Virus record (IMG/VR): IMGVR_UViG_3300002854_000247
Coordinates: 1 to 52,640 of that record
DNA: 52,640 nucleotides
Source of the DNA: a virus
Lineage: Duplodnaviria; Caudoviricetes
Strand: one strand, 5' to 3'
Shown one piece after another: positions 37,911 through 46,492 of this stretch (position 1 is its first letter; the number at the start of each line of letters is the position of its first letter). Position numbers and translations under genes: made by a program. The notes beneath the pieces are model-generated. The model had not been told where the DNA came from, made no database searches, and saw only the letters and a list, made by a program, of their open reading frames with translations.

Positions 37911-37994
37911 GGAGCGCGCGACTGAGGGGGACTTCGCCGCGCGCTCCGACGATCGGTCAGCTGCTTGGGAGGAGGAGGATCAGCGCTGACCGAT
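37911..37994 (-). ncRNA. Cuckoo/alpha-r14-like tandem hairpins with C-rich loops
   Basis: Hairpin 37952-37994 with CCUCCUCCUCCC loop; hairpin 37911-37947 with UCCCCCUC loop. Confidence 0.6.
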
Positions 37995-38005
37995 TCCGCG
38001 TGGCG

Positions 38006-38128
38006 TCACTGATCGCGCCACCAGTCGTTTTCGAGGAAGTCATCATCCTCGCCGCCGAGCGCGACAGTGAGAGCGACAAGCCCGCAGAGAATGACAAAGC
38101 CGACGATGCTCCAGACAATCCAAGTCAT
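38006..38128 (-). CDS. Unannotated 40-aa single-TM protein MTWIVWSIVGFVILCGLVALTVALGGEDDDFLENDWWRDQ
   Basis: ATGA-coupled to 38125 gene; read directly. Confidence 0.6.
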   Translation of the reverse strand: MTWIVWSIVGFVILCGLVALTVALGGEDDDFLENDWWRDQ

Positions 38129-38310
38129 GCTGCTTCCCTTTTTTGACGGGGGTGGATGGAACGGACGGGCTCACGGTCGACCAGCAGCTCAACGGCGCGG
38201 TCGAACTGTTCGCTTGGGATGGGGATGTCGTTCAGGAGTTCGACTGCGAAGACTTTCGCCCTGCTTTCATGGAGGTCTTGGTGCTTTTCTATGAGAGCTT
38301 GGGAGGTCAT
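38125..38310 (-). CDS. Hypothetical protein
   Basis: ATGA-coupled at both ends. Confidence 0.65.
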   Translation of the reverse strand: MTSQALIEKHQDLHESRAKVFAVELLNDIPIPSEQFDRAVELLVDREPVRSIHPRQKREAA

Positions 38311-38633
38311 GCCGGCACCTCGTCGAACATCGGCCGTGCAGGCTGGCCCGCGCCGAAAATGTCGAACGCAGCAGCCATTTCGTAATCAGGCTTGCCGGAC
38401 TGGCGGGCCTTCACCATGCCGCCGATTGAGCCAGCACGGCGCGCGGCGGCGATGGTGTTCCGGGATTTGAAGCGTCGGCCATGGTAGGCGCCGAAGGACA
38501 AAACCTCTTCCCGCTCGGCGCCGAGGTTCATGGCGATGTGGCGGGCAGACATTAAGCATTCGATGCCGCCGTCGATCTGGGCGAGCTTCTGTTCAGTTGA
38601 GGCGCGAGACCACCATGAAATTTTACTGGTCAT
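38307..38633 (-). CDS. Hypothetical protein
   Basis: ATGA-coupled; MTSKISWW start. Confidence 0.65.
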   Translation of the reverse strand: MTSKISWWSRASTEQKLAQIDGGIECLMSARHIAMNLGAEREEVLSFGAYHGRRFKSRNTIAAARRAGSIGGMVKARQSGKPDYEMAAAFDIFGAGQPARPMFDEVPA

Positions 38634-39847
38634 TGCGCAGCCTCCAGAGCTTCGGCCAGCCCGAAAGCAGCCATGATGTCGCCTGCACGGTGCGGGAATT
38701 CCTTCGCCAGTTGGGCGGCGATCTTCCGTTCCTGCGCAGGGGTGAAGTTGCGGGAGGCGCGCTGCCACTCGATCAAGTCGAGGAGCAGGTCAGAGCCGCT
38801 GTATTCCTGGACGGGGTAGCTAATGCCCAAATCGCGGGCGATGTTGTATCTGGCCCAGCCGTCAACGATTACGTCGCCTTGGCGGACAATGGGGGTATGC
38901 ATACCTTTAAAGGCAATGTCGGTGCCAAGGGCGTCATAGGCCGCATTCGACAATTCGGGGAAGCAGTGAGCGAAGCCCGGCCGCTTCATCGGCATCGGCG
39001 GGACGTCTTCCATAAAGACGCCGGGGCCAATGGGGAGAGTGCTGGCGGCACCCTCCCCGTTCTCATCACGGTTTGCGCGCAACGCGCCGCCATTTACATG
39101 ATCGCCTCCTGCGTTGGCGGCGGCGGCGTGATCAGCGCGGTCGTCGCTGGTTGGTGCCGTCGCTTCGCCTTGAGTGGCGACGGTGGCTTTCTCGGAATGG
39201 GTTGCCGTCTCTCCGGCTGTCACGGCCGTAGCTTCCGTCCTCGCCATGCGCACCGTACCGTCTTCGCCGTTGGGCCGGTTGGCCGCGGCACGCGCGGGTT
39301 CCGGATTGCCAATAAGGTGAGACCCAGGGTGTTGCATCTCGTCTGCCGTTTCCGGCGAATGGGTTGCAGCGCTTTCTTCGGCCACACGCGCTGCCAGCTT
39401 GGAGGAGACGGAGGGGGAGCCGTCCGAAGCTTCAAGTTCTTCCGCCTCTTCGCGTTCGATCATGATGTTGATGGCAGTCAGAAGCGCCGCCTTGCCTGCT
39501 TCGCTTTGTATGCCGTCAACGACCTGCTTGATCAGGCGCGGGTTGGCGTCGAATTGTTCAATGTTTTCTCGTGCGTATGCGCGGGATGCGCGCGGGGCTT
39601 CCAGTGCGGCGAGATAGGTATCGACCAGAGCCTCGTGCTCGGCGTCGGCCGGATCGGCCTCGTCCATCTTCACCTTGAGGCGGAACGCGGCGCGCATGGC
39701 CTTCGTGTCGTGGCCGAATGCCTTTTGCTCGGCAAACAGTTCCTTGAGGTCGTCGCCGATGCGGGCCTTTTCCTCTTCCAGGTTCTTCCAGCGCTGGAAA
39801 GCGGAGCGGACCTGATCGTCTGCGATGGCGTGGGGCTCGGTGCTCAT
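38630..39847 (-). CDS. GapR/DUF2312-like N-terminal domain + disordered linker + ParB-like C-terminal domain
   Basis: LEEEKARIGDDLKELFAE.KA.G.DTKAMR; DI..KG...PIV...VIVDG..RY. Confidence 0.8.
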   Translation of the reverse strand: MSTEPHAIADDQVRSAFQRWKNLEEEKARIGDDLKELFAEQKAFGHDTKAMRAAFRLKVKMDEADPADAEHEALVDTYLAALEAPRASRAYARENIEQFDANPRLIKQVVDGIQSEAGKAALLTAINIMIEREEAEELEASDGSPSVSSKLAARVAEESAATHSPETADEMQHPGSHLIGNPEPARAAANRPNGEDGTVRMARTEATAVTAGETATHSEKATVATQGEATAPTSDDRADHAAAANAGGDHVNGGALRANRDENGEGAASTLPIGPGVFMEDVPPMPMKRPGFAHCFPELSNAAYDALGTDIAFKGMHTPIVRQGDVIVDGWARYNIARDLGISYPVQEYSGSDLLLDLIEWQRASRNFTPAQERKIAAQLAKEFPHRAGDIMAAFGLAEALEAAQ

Positions 39848-40065
39848 GCGGCGGCTCCCGGCTGCGCGACAAGCCCAGCGAGATCGGGGCGAAGCTCATG
39901 AGGGGGAATGCCGGTGGCCTCGGAAACGGCCTGCAGGTTTTCAGCCGGGATCCGGCGCTTGCCGGTCTCGTATCGAGACCATTGCACCCCGCTCACGCCG
40001 ACAAGATCACCGGCTTCTTCGATGCTGAGTTTACGCGCCTTGCGCCATGTCCTGATCTTTTCCAT
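39844..40065 (-). CDS. Cro-like XRE regulator
   Basis: IRTWRKARKLS...WSRYETGKR.IP...LRPDL; divergent from repressor. Confidence 0.85.
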   Translation of the reverse strand: MEKIRTWRKARKLSIEEAGDLVGVSGVQWSRYETGKRRIPAENLQAVSEATGIPPHELRPDLAGLVAQPGAAA

Positions 40066-40071
40066 GAGCCG

Positions 40072-40166
40072 AAATTACCATATTGGCAATTTCAGTCAAC
40101 GAGGAAAATTACCATTTTGGCTATTCTTTGCCAAATGCCTGAAAAGTAGATTGCCAACATGGCAAA
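40072..40166. promoter_or_regulatory. OR-like operators and PR-like promoter
   Basis: AAATTACCAtatTGGCAATTT (40072), AAATTACCAtttTGGCTATT (40106), TTGCCAacaTGGCAA (40151, over cI ATG); TTGACT-N16-TAATTT on - strand. Confidence 0.8.
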
Positions 40167-40506
40167 CACGAAGACGGCATCGGAGCCAAAAGGCATCTTC
40201 ATCAGAGAGTTGATGGAGGCCCGCGGGCTCAAGAACAAAGACGTAGCCGAAGCAATCGGCACGAGCGACGTTAACGTGTCGCGGCTTCTCAGTGGGCAGC
40301 GCGGTTTAGATCTCGACTGGTTGCATGCATTCGCACGAGCGCTTGATGTTCCGATCTGGGAACTGTTTCAGCCGCCTGGGCGAAACCGTAAAGTCTCCGG
40401 CGAAGCGGAGGTGAAAGCCCTCCTCAAGCGGATAGAGGGCCTTCCTGACGAGGCTGTCAGCCACGTGTGGCGGTTGATTGACGGTTACGTTTCAGACGCC
40501 GAGTGA
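40159..40506 (+). CDS. CI-like XRE repressor without S24 peptidase domain
   Basis: IRELMEARGLKNKDVAEAIG...VSRLLSG...FARALDV; only 115 aa. Confidence 0.85.
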   Translation: MANTKTASEPKGIFIRELMEARGLKNKDVAEAIGTSDVNVSRLLSGQRGLDLDWLHAFARALDVPIWELFQPPGRNRKVSGEAEVKALLKRIEGLPDEAVSHVWRLIDGYVSDAE

Positions 40507-40714
40507 TATGGACGAACGGCTCCTCATGGTCGATTTGCACTCGCCATTCTCCGCCATGTAGAATGGCCATGGCGATCGAGATTTCAGCCGCCTTCCGTTT
40601 AATGACCGTTTGCATCTCCTGTTCAGTCCCGACACCAGGGCCATAGAGGAGTTCAGCGACGATCTCTTCTGCTTTGGTGTCGTATTTGCGCCTGATCTGG
40701 TGGATGATCGCCAT
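40457..40714 (-). CDS. Hypothetical protein, second gene of LexA-box operon
   Basis: GAGGA SD; overlaps cI 3' end by 50 nt. Confidence 0.65.
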   Translation of the reverse strand: MAIIHQIRRKYDTKAEEIVAELLYGPGVGTEQEMQTVIKRKAAEISIAMAILHGGEWRVQIDHEEPFVHITRRLKRNRQSTATRG

Positions 40715-40731
40715 GGTAACGTGCTGTCCTC

Positions 40732-40980
40732 CTAGATCGGCTGCATGTTGCTGACTTCCTCGGGCTTCTCGGCACCATGGAAATAAATCAGCTTCGGCTC
40801 TCCGAAGTCGCCACTCTCCGGGTCGCCCTCCATGACCGTGGCGAAAACCATCGGCTTGGTCTGCGCCAGGCGCTCCGCCATTCGGCGCGCGTGCATCACA
40901 CTATTTGCCTGGACAGCGATGTCGGCCTTCATGCCGCGTTTGGCCGGCGAGAAGGATTGAACCACGAAAAACTCTGCCAT
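40732..40980 (-). CDS. Hypothetical protein (82 aa), first gene of LexA-box operon
   Basis: AAGGAG SD 7 nt before MAEFFVVQSF; GDPESGDFGEP motif. Confidence 0.75.
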   Translation of the reverse strand: MAEFFVVQSFSPAKRGMKADIAVQANSVMHARRMAERLAQTKPMVFATVMEGDPESGDFGEPKLIYFHGAEKPEEVSNMQPI

Positions 40981-41031
40981 GCTCATGCTCCTTGGGCTTG
41001 TGAACTGGCCCGTAGCATGCCTCGAAAACGA

Positions 41032-41046
41032 GAACGCAACAAGAAC
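41032..41046. promoter_or_regulatory. Alphaproteobacterial LexA (SOS) box
   Basis: GAAC-gcaacaa-GAAC (GTTC-N7-GTTC on - strand), ~50 nt upstream of 40980. Confidence 0.75.
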
Positions 41047-41221
41047 AAACTTAGGAAAATAGTCACATCCACTGAGAGCAGGCACGCTGAACAGCCACGC
41101 GCGTCGGTAGCCACTTTGAATTGCACGACGCAATCGCCATTTCGGATACACCGGATGTCCCACCTCAACTCTAGCTCTACGAAGCGAATCGTGTTCACCT
41201 ACAGTTGTTGTGGAGGGGACG

Positions 41222-42487
41222 ATGACAGCTGAAGTTTGCATTATGAACAGACTCGCCGCAGTTCTGGCTGCGGACTCGGCGACGACCGTGACACGCTGGG
41301 TCGATGGGGAAGAAGAAAAGAGGTATTTCAAGGGAGCGAACAAAGTTTTCCAGCTTTCCGATAAACATCCCGTTGGATTGATGATTTTTGACTCGGCAGC
41401 CATCCTAAATGTACCTTGGGAAATAATAATAAAAACCTTTAGAAGTAACTTAGGCGACAAATCATTCAATACAGTTGAGGAATACGCGCGCGAACTGTTT
41501 GCATTCTTGAATGACAGCTCATTTTTCTTTCCGGAAGAGGTTCAAACAGAACAAGTGCTCGGCCCCGCCAAAGCGATTGCAATTGGCATGATATCGGAGG
41601 CGATAGACGGGCTAGATGCCGCCGAACATGCCGACGCTATTGAAGCAGCGTTTTCCGCCCGTCGCGATGAGCTAGCATCCGTCGATGTGTCGTCTTGCCT
41701 GGGCGTCGAGCATATGGAGAAAACAATTCAGGACTTGCGTGAGAGAATGGAGATCTTCATTACTGAATTCTCTTCAGCGATGAAGTGGCAACTTCCCGGT
41801 GATGTGAAATCGATTGCAGAAACTTGCCTGGCGGACGTCGTGAAGAATCCTGATATTCATCTCGGCACGACAGGATTGGTTTTTGCAGGCTTTGGAGACC
41901 ACGAGATTTTCCCAGCTATGGTTGAATATCTATCTTGCGGTGTCGTTGGCGGAAAGCACATCTATCGTCGTGAATCTGGGATGGCAATTGACCATGAAAC
42001 GCCGGCATGGCTGAGCGCGTTTGCGCAAACATCTATGACGGACACGTTTTCGATGGGTCTAAGCCAAGACGTCTACGAAAGCATGGCCGTTGCCATATCC
42101 GAAAACCTACATGGCTTCGCAAGCCAGATAAGCGAGGCTGCTGGTGGCGACATATCGGTAATTGACGACCTGGAAGGCCTGGTGCAAGCTACGCGAAGCA
42201 AAATCGGCAAGTCGGTGCTTGACAATGCGCGAAAAGAACACTCATTCCCCCTTCGCAGGGTGATTGGCGTTTTGCCAGTAGATGAAATGGCGGAATTGGC
42301 AGAAACATTAATCACTCTTCAATCGTTGAAAGAGAAGGTGACAAAACCCTCAGAAACCGTCGGCGGACCGGTGGATGTGGCTGTGATCACCAAACACGAG
42401 GGTCTGGTTTGGATTAAAAGGAAGCACTTCTTTAATCTGGACATAAATTCGAGATACAGCTTGCGCCAAGCAGCGCTGCATTCGTAG
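41222..42487 (+). CDS. Proteasome-beta/HslV-like Ntn hydrolase with large insertion (421 aa)
   Basis: GGAGGGG SD; after Met removal Thr1, ADS at 16-18, NKVF Lys; C-terminal TVGGPVDVAVITK. Confidence 0.75.
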   Translation: MTAEVCIMNRLAAVLAADSATTVTRWVDGEEEKRYFKGANKVFQLSDKHPVGLMIFDSAAILNVPWEIIIKTFRSNLGDKSFNTVEEYARELFAFLNDSSFFFPEEVQTEQVLGPAKAIAIGMISEAIDGLDAAEHADAIEAAFSARRDELASVDVSSCLGVEHMEKTIQDLRERMEIFITEFSSAMKWQLPGDVKSIAETCLADVVKNPDIHLGTTGLVFAGFGDHEIFPAMVEYLSCGVVGGKHIYRRESGMAIDHETPAWLSAFAQTSMTDTFSMGLSQDVYESMAVAISENLHGFASQISEAAGGDISVIDDLEGLVQATRSKIGKSVLDNARKEHSFPLRRVIGVLPVDEMAELAETLITLQSLKEKVTKPSETVGGPVDVAVITKHEGLVWIKRKHFFNLDINSRYSLRQAALHS

Positions 42488-42502
42488 CCCTAGGAGATAC
42501 AT

Positions 42503-42700
42503 ATGGCAGACAAGACCAACACGCTAAGGAAGGCGATGGAACAGCGGCCCGAAGGTAAGAAACCATCCTTTGAGTCGCAGCCGAACCAAGCTGCTAGCGC
42601 CGCCCTAAAGAAGGAAAGTCGCGCGCAGTACCGCGGCTACGTGGACTCAATCAATCGTTCCAGCGACAGAGAGATCGAGCATGCGCTTAGTCGGTTCTAA
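42503..42700 (+). CDS. 65-aa partner protein
   Basis: AGGAG SD, 15 nt after Ntn gene; terminator follows. Confidence 0.7.
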   Translation: MADKTNTLRKAMEQRPEGKKPSFESQPNQAASAALKKESRAQYRGYVDSINRSSDREIEHALSRF

Positions 42701-42728
42701 CTGTTCTTAGGACTCTGCCAACGACACC

Positions 42729-42756
42729 AAGCCCGCCCTCACCGGCGGGCTTTTTC
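42729..42756. terminator. Rho-independent terminator
   Basis: AAGCCCGCC-ctcacc-GGCGGGCTT-TTT. Confidence 0.85.
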
Positions 42757-42763
42757 GTGTGGT

Positions 42764-43246
42764 TCAGCACCAAGGCTCGCGGCGTCCACTCCATGTTCTC
42801 GCCAAGCCTTCCGAAACCAGCTGATCACCAATCGAATGACCGTCGCGAATTAGGACCCGAAGCTTTCGGCCGTACTTGTCCTTGTCTCGGCCCTCCCAAG
42901 CCTGCAGTTCGAACGGCTGGTTGGTCAATAGCTCTCGCAGCCTTGCTGTAGCTTTCCGTCCAAGGGCAAGTTCGCTTTCGCACTTAGGCTCGCCAACCTC
43001 CGGCGTGTCTATGTCTGCAATGCGGATCTTCTCCCCATCGAGCCAAATCGTGTCACCGTCCACAATGCAGGTATGACGCTCCGTGCCGGTGCAGATCGGG
43101 AAGTTCCGGACGATCCCAGCCGGCTCCGGTGAAGCGATCGCATTACCGCTGGCCTCAAGGTGATCCCAAACCACCACGCCACCGAACACCGCCGCGCTGG
43201 CGCAAACGACCACTGCTACAAAGCGGACGCTCGACATCTCACTCAT
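42764..43246 (-). CDS. Thermonuclease (SNase-like) with N-terminal signal/TM
   Basis: VDGDTI, IRIADIDTPE, DKYGR.L, LVSEGLAR. Confidence 0.9.
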   Translation of the reverse strand: MSEMSSVRFVAVVVCASAAVFGGVVVWDHLEASGNAIASPEPAGIVRNFPICTGTERHTCIVDGDTIWLDGEKIRIADIDTPEVGEPKCESELALGRKATARLRELLTNQPFELQAWEGRDKDKYGRKLRVLIRDGHSIGDQLVSEGLARTWSGRREPWC

Positions 43247-43415
43247 TTATTGCCTCGCATGGGTGGAGCACCGCGAGACGATACAATTCTGAGCTTACTT
43301 GTTTCTGAACATGTCTCCGAGGCGGTCATCGCTGGAGCTACCGTCGACGCGCTTCGTTCCTTCGAGCAAGGTTTTATGGCTGTGCGATTCTCGCTGCAAT
43401 AGGCTCGGTCGCACA

Positions 43416-43470
43416 AAATTACCAAATCGGCAATTTCCTTCTTGACGGAGACTTACCATTTCGGTAATTT
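43416..43470 (+). promoter_or_regulatory. OL-like operators and PL-like promoter
   Basis: AAATTACCAaatCGGCAATTT (43416), TTACCAtttCGGTAA (43453); TTGACG-N17-TAATTT. Confidence 0.85.
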
Positions 43471-43516
43471 CCTCTCATCACCTCCCGACCACCGGGAAAG
43501 ACGAGGAGCGACCGAA

Positions 43517-43792
43517 ATGACCGCAGCAGTCTCCAGCAGCAAGAACCTCTACCCATATTACACGACGTCGGAACTCGCTCGCGCCGCCACCGCGCCGCGC
43601 CTGTCCACCGCCGAGCGCATTCGCATGCTCGACGAGATCAACCGCCGCGATGCCGCCGAGGCAGGCGGCGTTCTGTCCGCGCTGAAGGCAGCCGAGGAAT
43701 TCATGTCCGGCTTCCAAGGCGACGAGATGCAAGACGGCATCGACGCGAAGCTCGCTCTGATCCGCGCCGCCATAGCCAAGCAGTCCAACTGA
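43517..43792 (+). CDS. Early hypothetical protein
   Basis: GAGGAG SD; ends LIRAAIAK. Confidence 0.7.
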   Translation: MTAAVSSSKNLYPYYTTSELARAATAPRLSTAERIRMLDEINRRDAAEAGGVLSALKAAEEFMSGFQGDEMQDGIDAKLALIRAAIAKQSN

Positions 43793-43856
43793 TCCCCTTC
43801 GGCATCCGCCTCTCCCATGCGGCGGATATCGAATGAGATCACCTGAGGAAGCCACC

Positions 43857-44105
43857 ATGCAGACCGAAGCAGACCGCATTGCCACGGCGATCCAGCGCAT
43901 TCGCGACGGCGCCATGCTCCGCCCGGCGTCGAAGCGCGCCGCCTATGTCGCTGAGAACATCCGCCGCCAGCAGGAGTACGCGCAGCGCTTCGTCATGGCC
44001 CGGAAGCAGCCGGCCGGCTGGTCGGTCGCCTTCCACGAAGAATTCCTTCACGGCCTCGTCGCCCTTGAAGCGGAGTTCCGCGATGCCGGGAGGGTCGCAG
44101 CATGA
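43857..44105 (+). CDS. Early hypothetical protein
   Basis: GAGGA SD; ATGA coupling. Confidence 0.7.
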   Translation: MQTEADRIATAIQRIRDGAMLRPASKRAAYVAENIRRQQEYAQRFVMARKQPAGWSVAFHEEFLHGLVALEAEFRDAGRVAA

Positions 44106-44323
44106 ACGCCCGTCGCGTCGAGCTCCACGAACTGTATCGCGAGATTGAATCCCTTGGCGGCGCGACCAACTGCGCCGAAGATCGCGGCTACAACAAAGCC
44201 GTATGCGATGTTCTCCAGACGCTTCGCGCCGCAGGGTTCGGCGACGGCTGCTTTGTCGCCCAAGGGCGTCCGGACCCGCGCGACCGTCCTCACAATCACG
44301 GTCCGCACGGATGGATGGCATGA
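44102..44323 (+). CDS. Early hypothetical protein
   Basis: ATGA coupling at both ends. Confidence 0.65.
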   Translation: MNARRVELHELYREIESLGGATNCAEDRGYNKAVCDVLQTLRAAGFGDGCFVAQGRPDPRDRPHNHGPHGWMA

Positions 44324-44565
44324 CTCGCTGCGACCTCAACCCCGCTGGCGAATGCAGCTGCATCGCCTCCAACGTCCCCTGCAAGGTTCAGGCCCCGCTT
44401 GATCTCGGCGTCTTCACCGGGACGAACCACCCCGGCCCGCTGGACGGATACCCGACCAACGCACGCGACATTTCGTTTGCCTTCATCGGCCTCGTCTCGC
44501 TGACCGCAATCATCCTTCTCATCATCTTCCGGTTTGCCGCTCTCGTTGGCCCGGTCAACGCCTAG
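44320..44565 (+). CDS. Early protein, Cys-rich N-terminus and C-terminal TM
   Basis: ATGA coupling. Confidence 0.6.
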   Translation: MTRCDLNPAGECSCIASNVPCKVQAPLDLGVFTGTNHPGPLDGYPTNARDISFAFIGLVSLTAIILLIIFRFAALVGPVNA

Positions 44566-44574
44566 GAGCGCGGA

Positions 44575-44784
44575 ATGGAAACCTACGACTCCCTCCTCTC
44601 CAAATCCAAGGTAGCCGACGCCGACGCCGCCATGTGGGATCGCATGGCTCGCGAAGCGGAAGACAGCGTCAAGCGCTACCGCCAGTACGCCAAGAACCGC
44701 CAGCGTGATGCGAACGAATACCGCGAACTGGCCGACCGGGCGCTTTCCGACATCAACGCTTCTCTCAAGGGGATTGCAGCATGA
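44575..44784 (+). CDS. Early coiled-coil hypothetical protein
   Basis: AGGAG SD. Confidence 0.65.
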   Translation: METYDSLLSKSKVADADAAMWDRMAREAEDSVKRYRQYAKNRQRDANEYRELADRALSDINASLKGIAA

Positions 44785-45743
44785 ACGCCTTCGAACGCTT
44801 CAATATCCGCAGCCTGTCGCCAACTATGATCGCGCAGTGGGACGCCGCGCCCGCCACCCTCATTCTTCGCCGGCTCTATGGTGTGAAGGGCAAGGCCAAC
44901 GCCAAGATGTGGCGCGGCGATGCAGTCGAGGCCGGTCTGAACTTCTGGCTTCACAATCGTACCCGTGAAGATGCCATGGCAAACGCCAAGGCTCTCGCCG
45001 TCGATACCTTCTGGCAGCGCGCCGAGGGTGAGACTTCGGAGGAGATCGAAGACGTCCTGAAGGGCGTACCCGGCATGGTCGAGCAGGCCATCATTGCGAT
45101 CAGCACCATGCCTTCGAACGTCATGGGAACGCAGTTCGGCGTCGAGGCCTTCCTTGACGACGTCGATGTTCCCGTCTTCGGCAAGATCGACTTTCTCTTT
45201 GAAGACAAATCCATCGTCGAGCTAAAGACGACGACCCGCTGCCCGTCCAAGATCGAAAGCGTCTCGATCTCGCACCGCTGGCAGGCGGCGCTGTACGCCA
45301 AAGCCCGCGGCGTTCCGGTCTCTCTCACCTACGTCACGGATAAGAAGTGGATTTCGTTCGAGATCCAGCCCGACGACGTCTCGCTCGTTACGATGCGACG
45401 CGCGGCTCTCAGCCTCCAGAAGGCGCTCGCCAGCACTGAAGACGGCGAAGCGCTGCTTCGCTCGCTGTCGCTGAACGTCGAGAGCTTCTACTGGGACGAC
45501 GAGGTCATGCAGGCCTACGAGGACGCCCTTGAGGGCAAACTTAAGCTTCTCGTTGGCCCCGGCACCGAGAGCCTTGCCGCGCAGGGATACGTCACTTTCG
45601 GGAAGCACTCCGGCAAGCACATTTCCGAACTGCCCCAGACCTATCTCGACTGGCTCATGAAGCCGAAGCTTTCCGATGGCGGCTTCTATGACGTCCCGAA
45701 GGAACTGCAGATAGCAATCGCCGACATGCGGGAGGCTGCGTGA
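44781..45743 (+). CDS. PD-(D/E)xK exonuclease with C-terminal TFGKH (DUF3820-like) domain
   Basis: GKIDF...IVELKT...Q.ALY; VTFGKHSGKHISELPQTYLDW. Confidence 0.82.
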   Translation: MNAFERFNIRSLSPTMIAQWDAAPATLILRRLYGVKGKANAKMWRGDAVEAGLNFWLHNRTREDAMANAKALAVDTFWQRAEGETSEEIEDVLKGVPGMVEQAIIAISTMPSNVMGTQFGVEAFLDDVDVPVFGKIDFLFEDKSIVELKTTTRCPSKIESVSISHRWQAALYAKARGVPVSLTYVTDKKWISFEIQPDDVSLVTMRRAALSLQKALASTEDGEALLRSLSLNVESFYWDDEVMQAYEDALEGKLKLLVGPGTESLAAQGYVTFGKHSGKHISELPQTYLDWLMKPKLSDGGFYDVPKELQIAIADMREAA

Positions 45744-46492
45744 TGGCCGACAACCTCGATATCTGGAACCGCTTCGCTGACATCGACCCGAAGTTCACGA
45801 AGCCGATCACCGGGCGCGATTACGGCGGCACGTCACCGAATCCGCAGTATGTCATCATGTGCCTGACAGAAATGTTTGGCCCGTGCGGTAAGGGTTTCGG
45901 CTGGTCGGTCCTCGCCGAGGAGTTCAAGGAGATGGGCGGGACCTATCTCCACTGGTGCCGTATCCGCTTCTGGTGGAAAGACGAGGATGGCGAGCACAGC
46001 GTTGAAGAATACGGCCAAACCAAAGCCGCCTACGTCACCAGCAAGGGCACGATGCGCGTTGACGAAGACGCGCCGAAGAAGAGCCTGACCGATGCCGTCA
46101 TCAAGGGCTCATCACATATCGGCGTCGCCGCGAACATCTTCCTCGGCCGCTGGGACGATCAAAAGTACGTCGCCGAGGTCAACAAGGAATTCCGCGAGGA
46201 AGAGCAGAAGAAGGACGCTCCAAAGCCGATAACCGCAGCCGAGCAAAAGCGCCAGCTTGAGGAGATCGACAAGGATTTGCTCGACGCTCACACGACCGGC
46301 GACGTCAAGCGGCTCTTCGATATCTGGTTCAGCCTCGCCGAGCGCGACGGCTGGTCGAAAGACTATTGGGACGCTGCGCGCCGGAAGTTCGCGGCCAAGA
46401 AAAAGGAAATCGAGGACGCTGACAGCTTCCCCGGCGACACCGGAATTCGCAACGGCGCCGGTCGTGAACTTCATACGATGGAGGGCGCGTGA
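45743..46492 (+). CDS. Rad52/Sak-like single-strand annealing protein
   Basis: LTEMFGP.G.G.GW, DEDAPKKSLTDA..K....G...IFLG; follows exonuclease. Confidence 0.75.
   Translation: MADNLDIWNRFADIDPKFTKPITGRDYGGTSPNPQYVIMCLTEMFGPCGKGFGWSVLAEEFKEMGGTYLHWCRIRFWWKDEDGEHSVEEYGQTKAAYVTSKGTMRVDEDAPKKSLTDAVIKGSSHIGVAANIFLGRWDDQKYVAEVNKEFREEEQKKDAPKPITAAEQKRQLEEIDKDLLDAHTTGDVKRLFDIWFSLAERDGWSKDYWDAARRKFAAKKKEIEDADSFPGDTGIRNGAGRELHTMEGA

Noticed and set aside
40981-41469. 245-aa ORF 40732-41469
   Set aside because: SD and LexA box support a start at 40980; the extension overlaps the Ntn gene and promoter
43243-43425. Small ORFs between the thermonuclease gene and PL
   Set aside because: No convincing start on either strand; overlaps operator/promoter DNA
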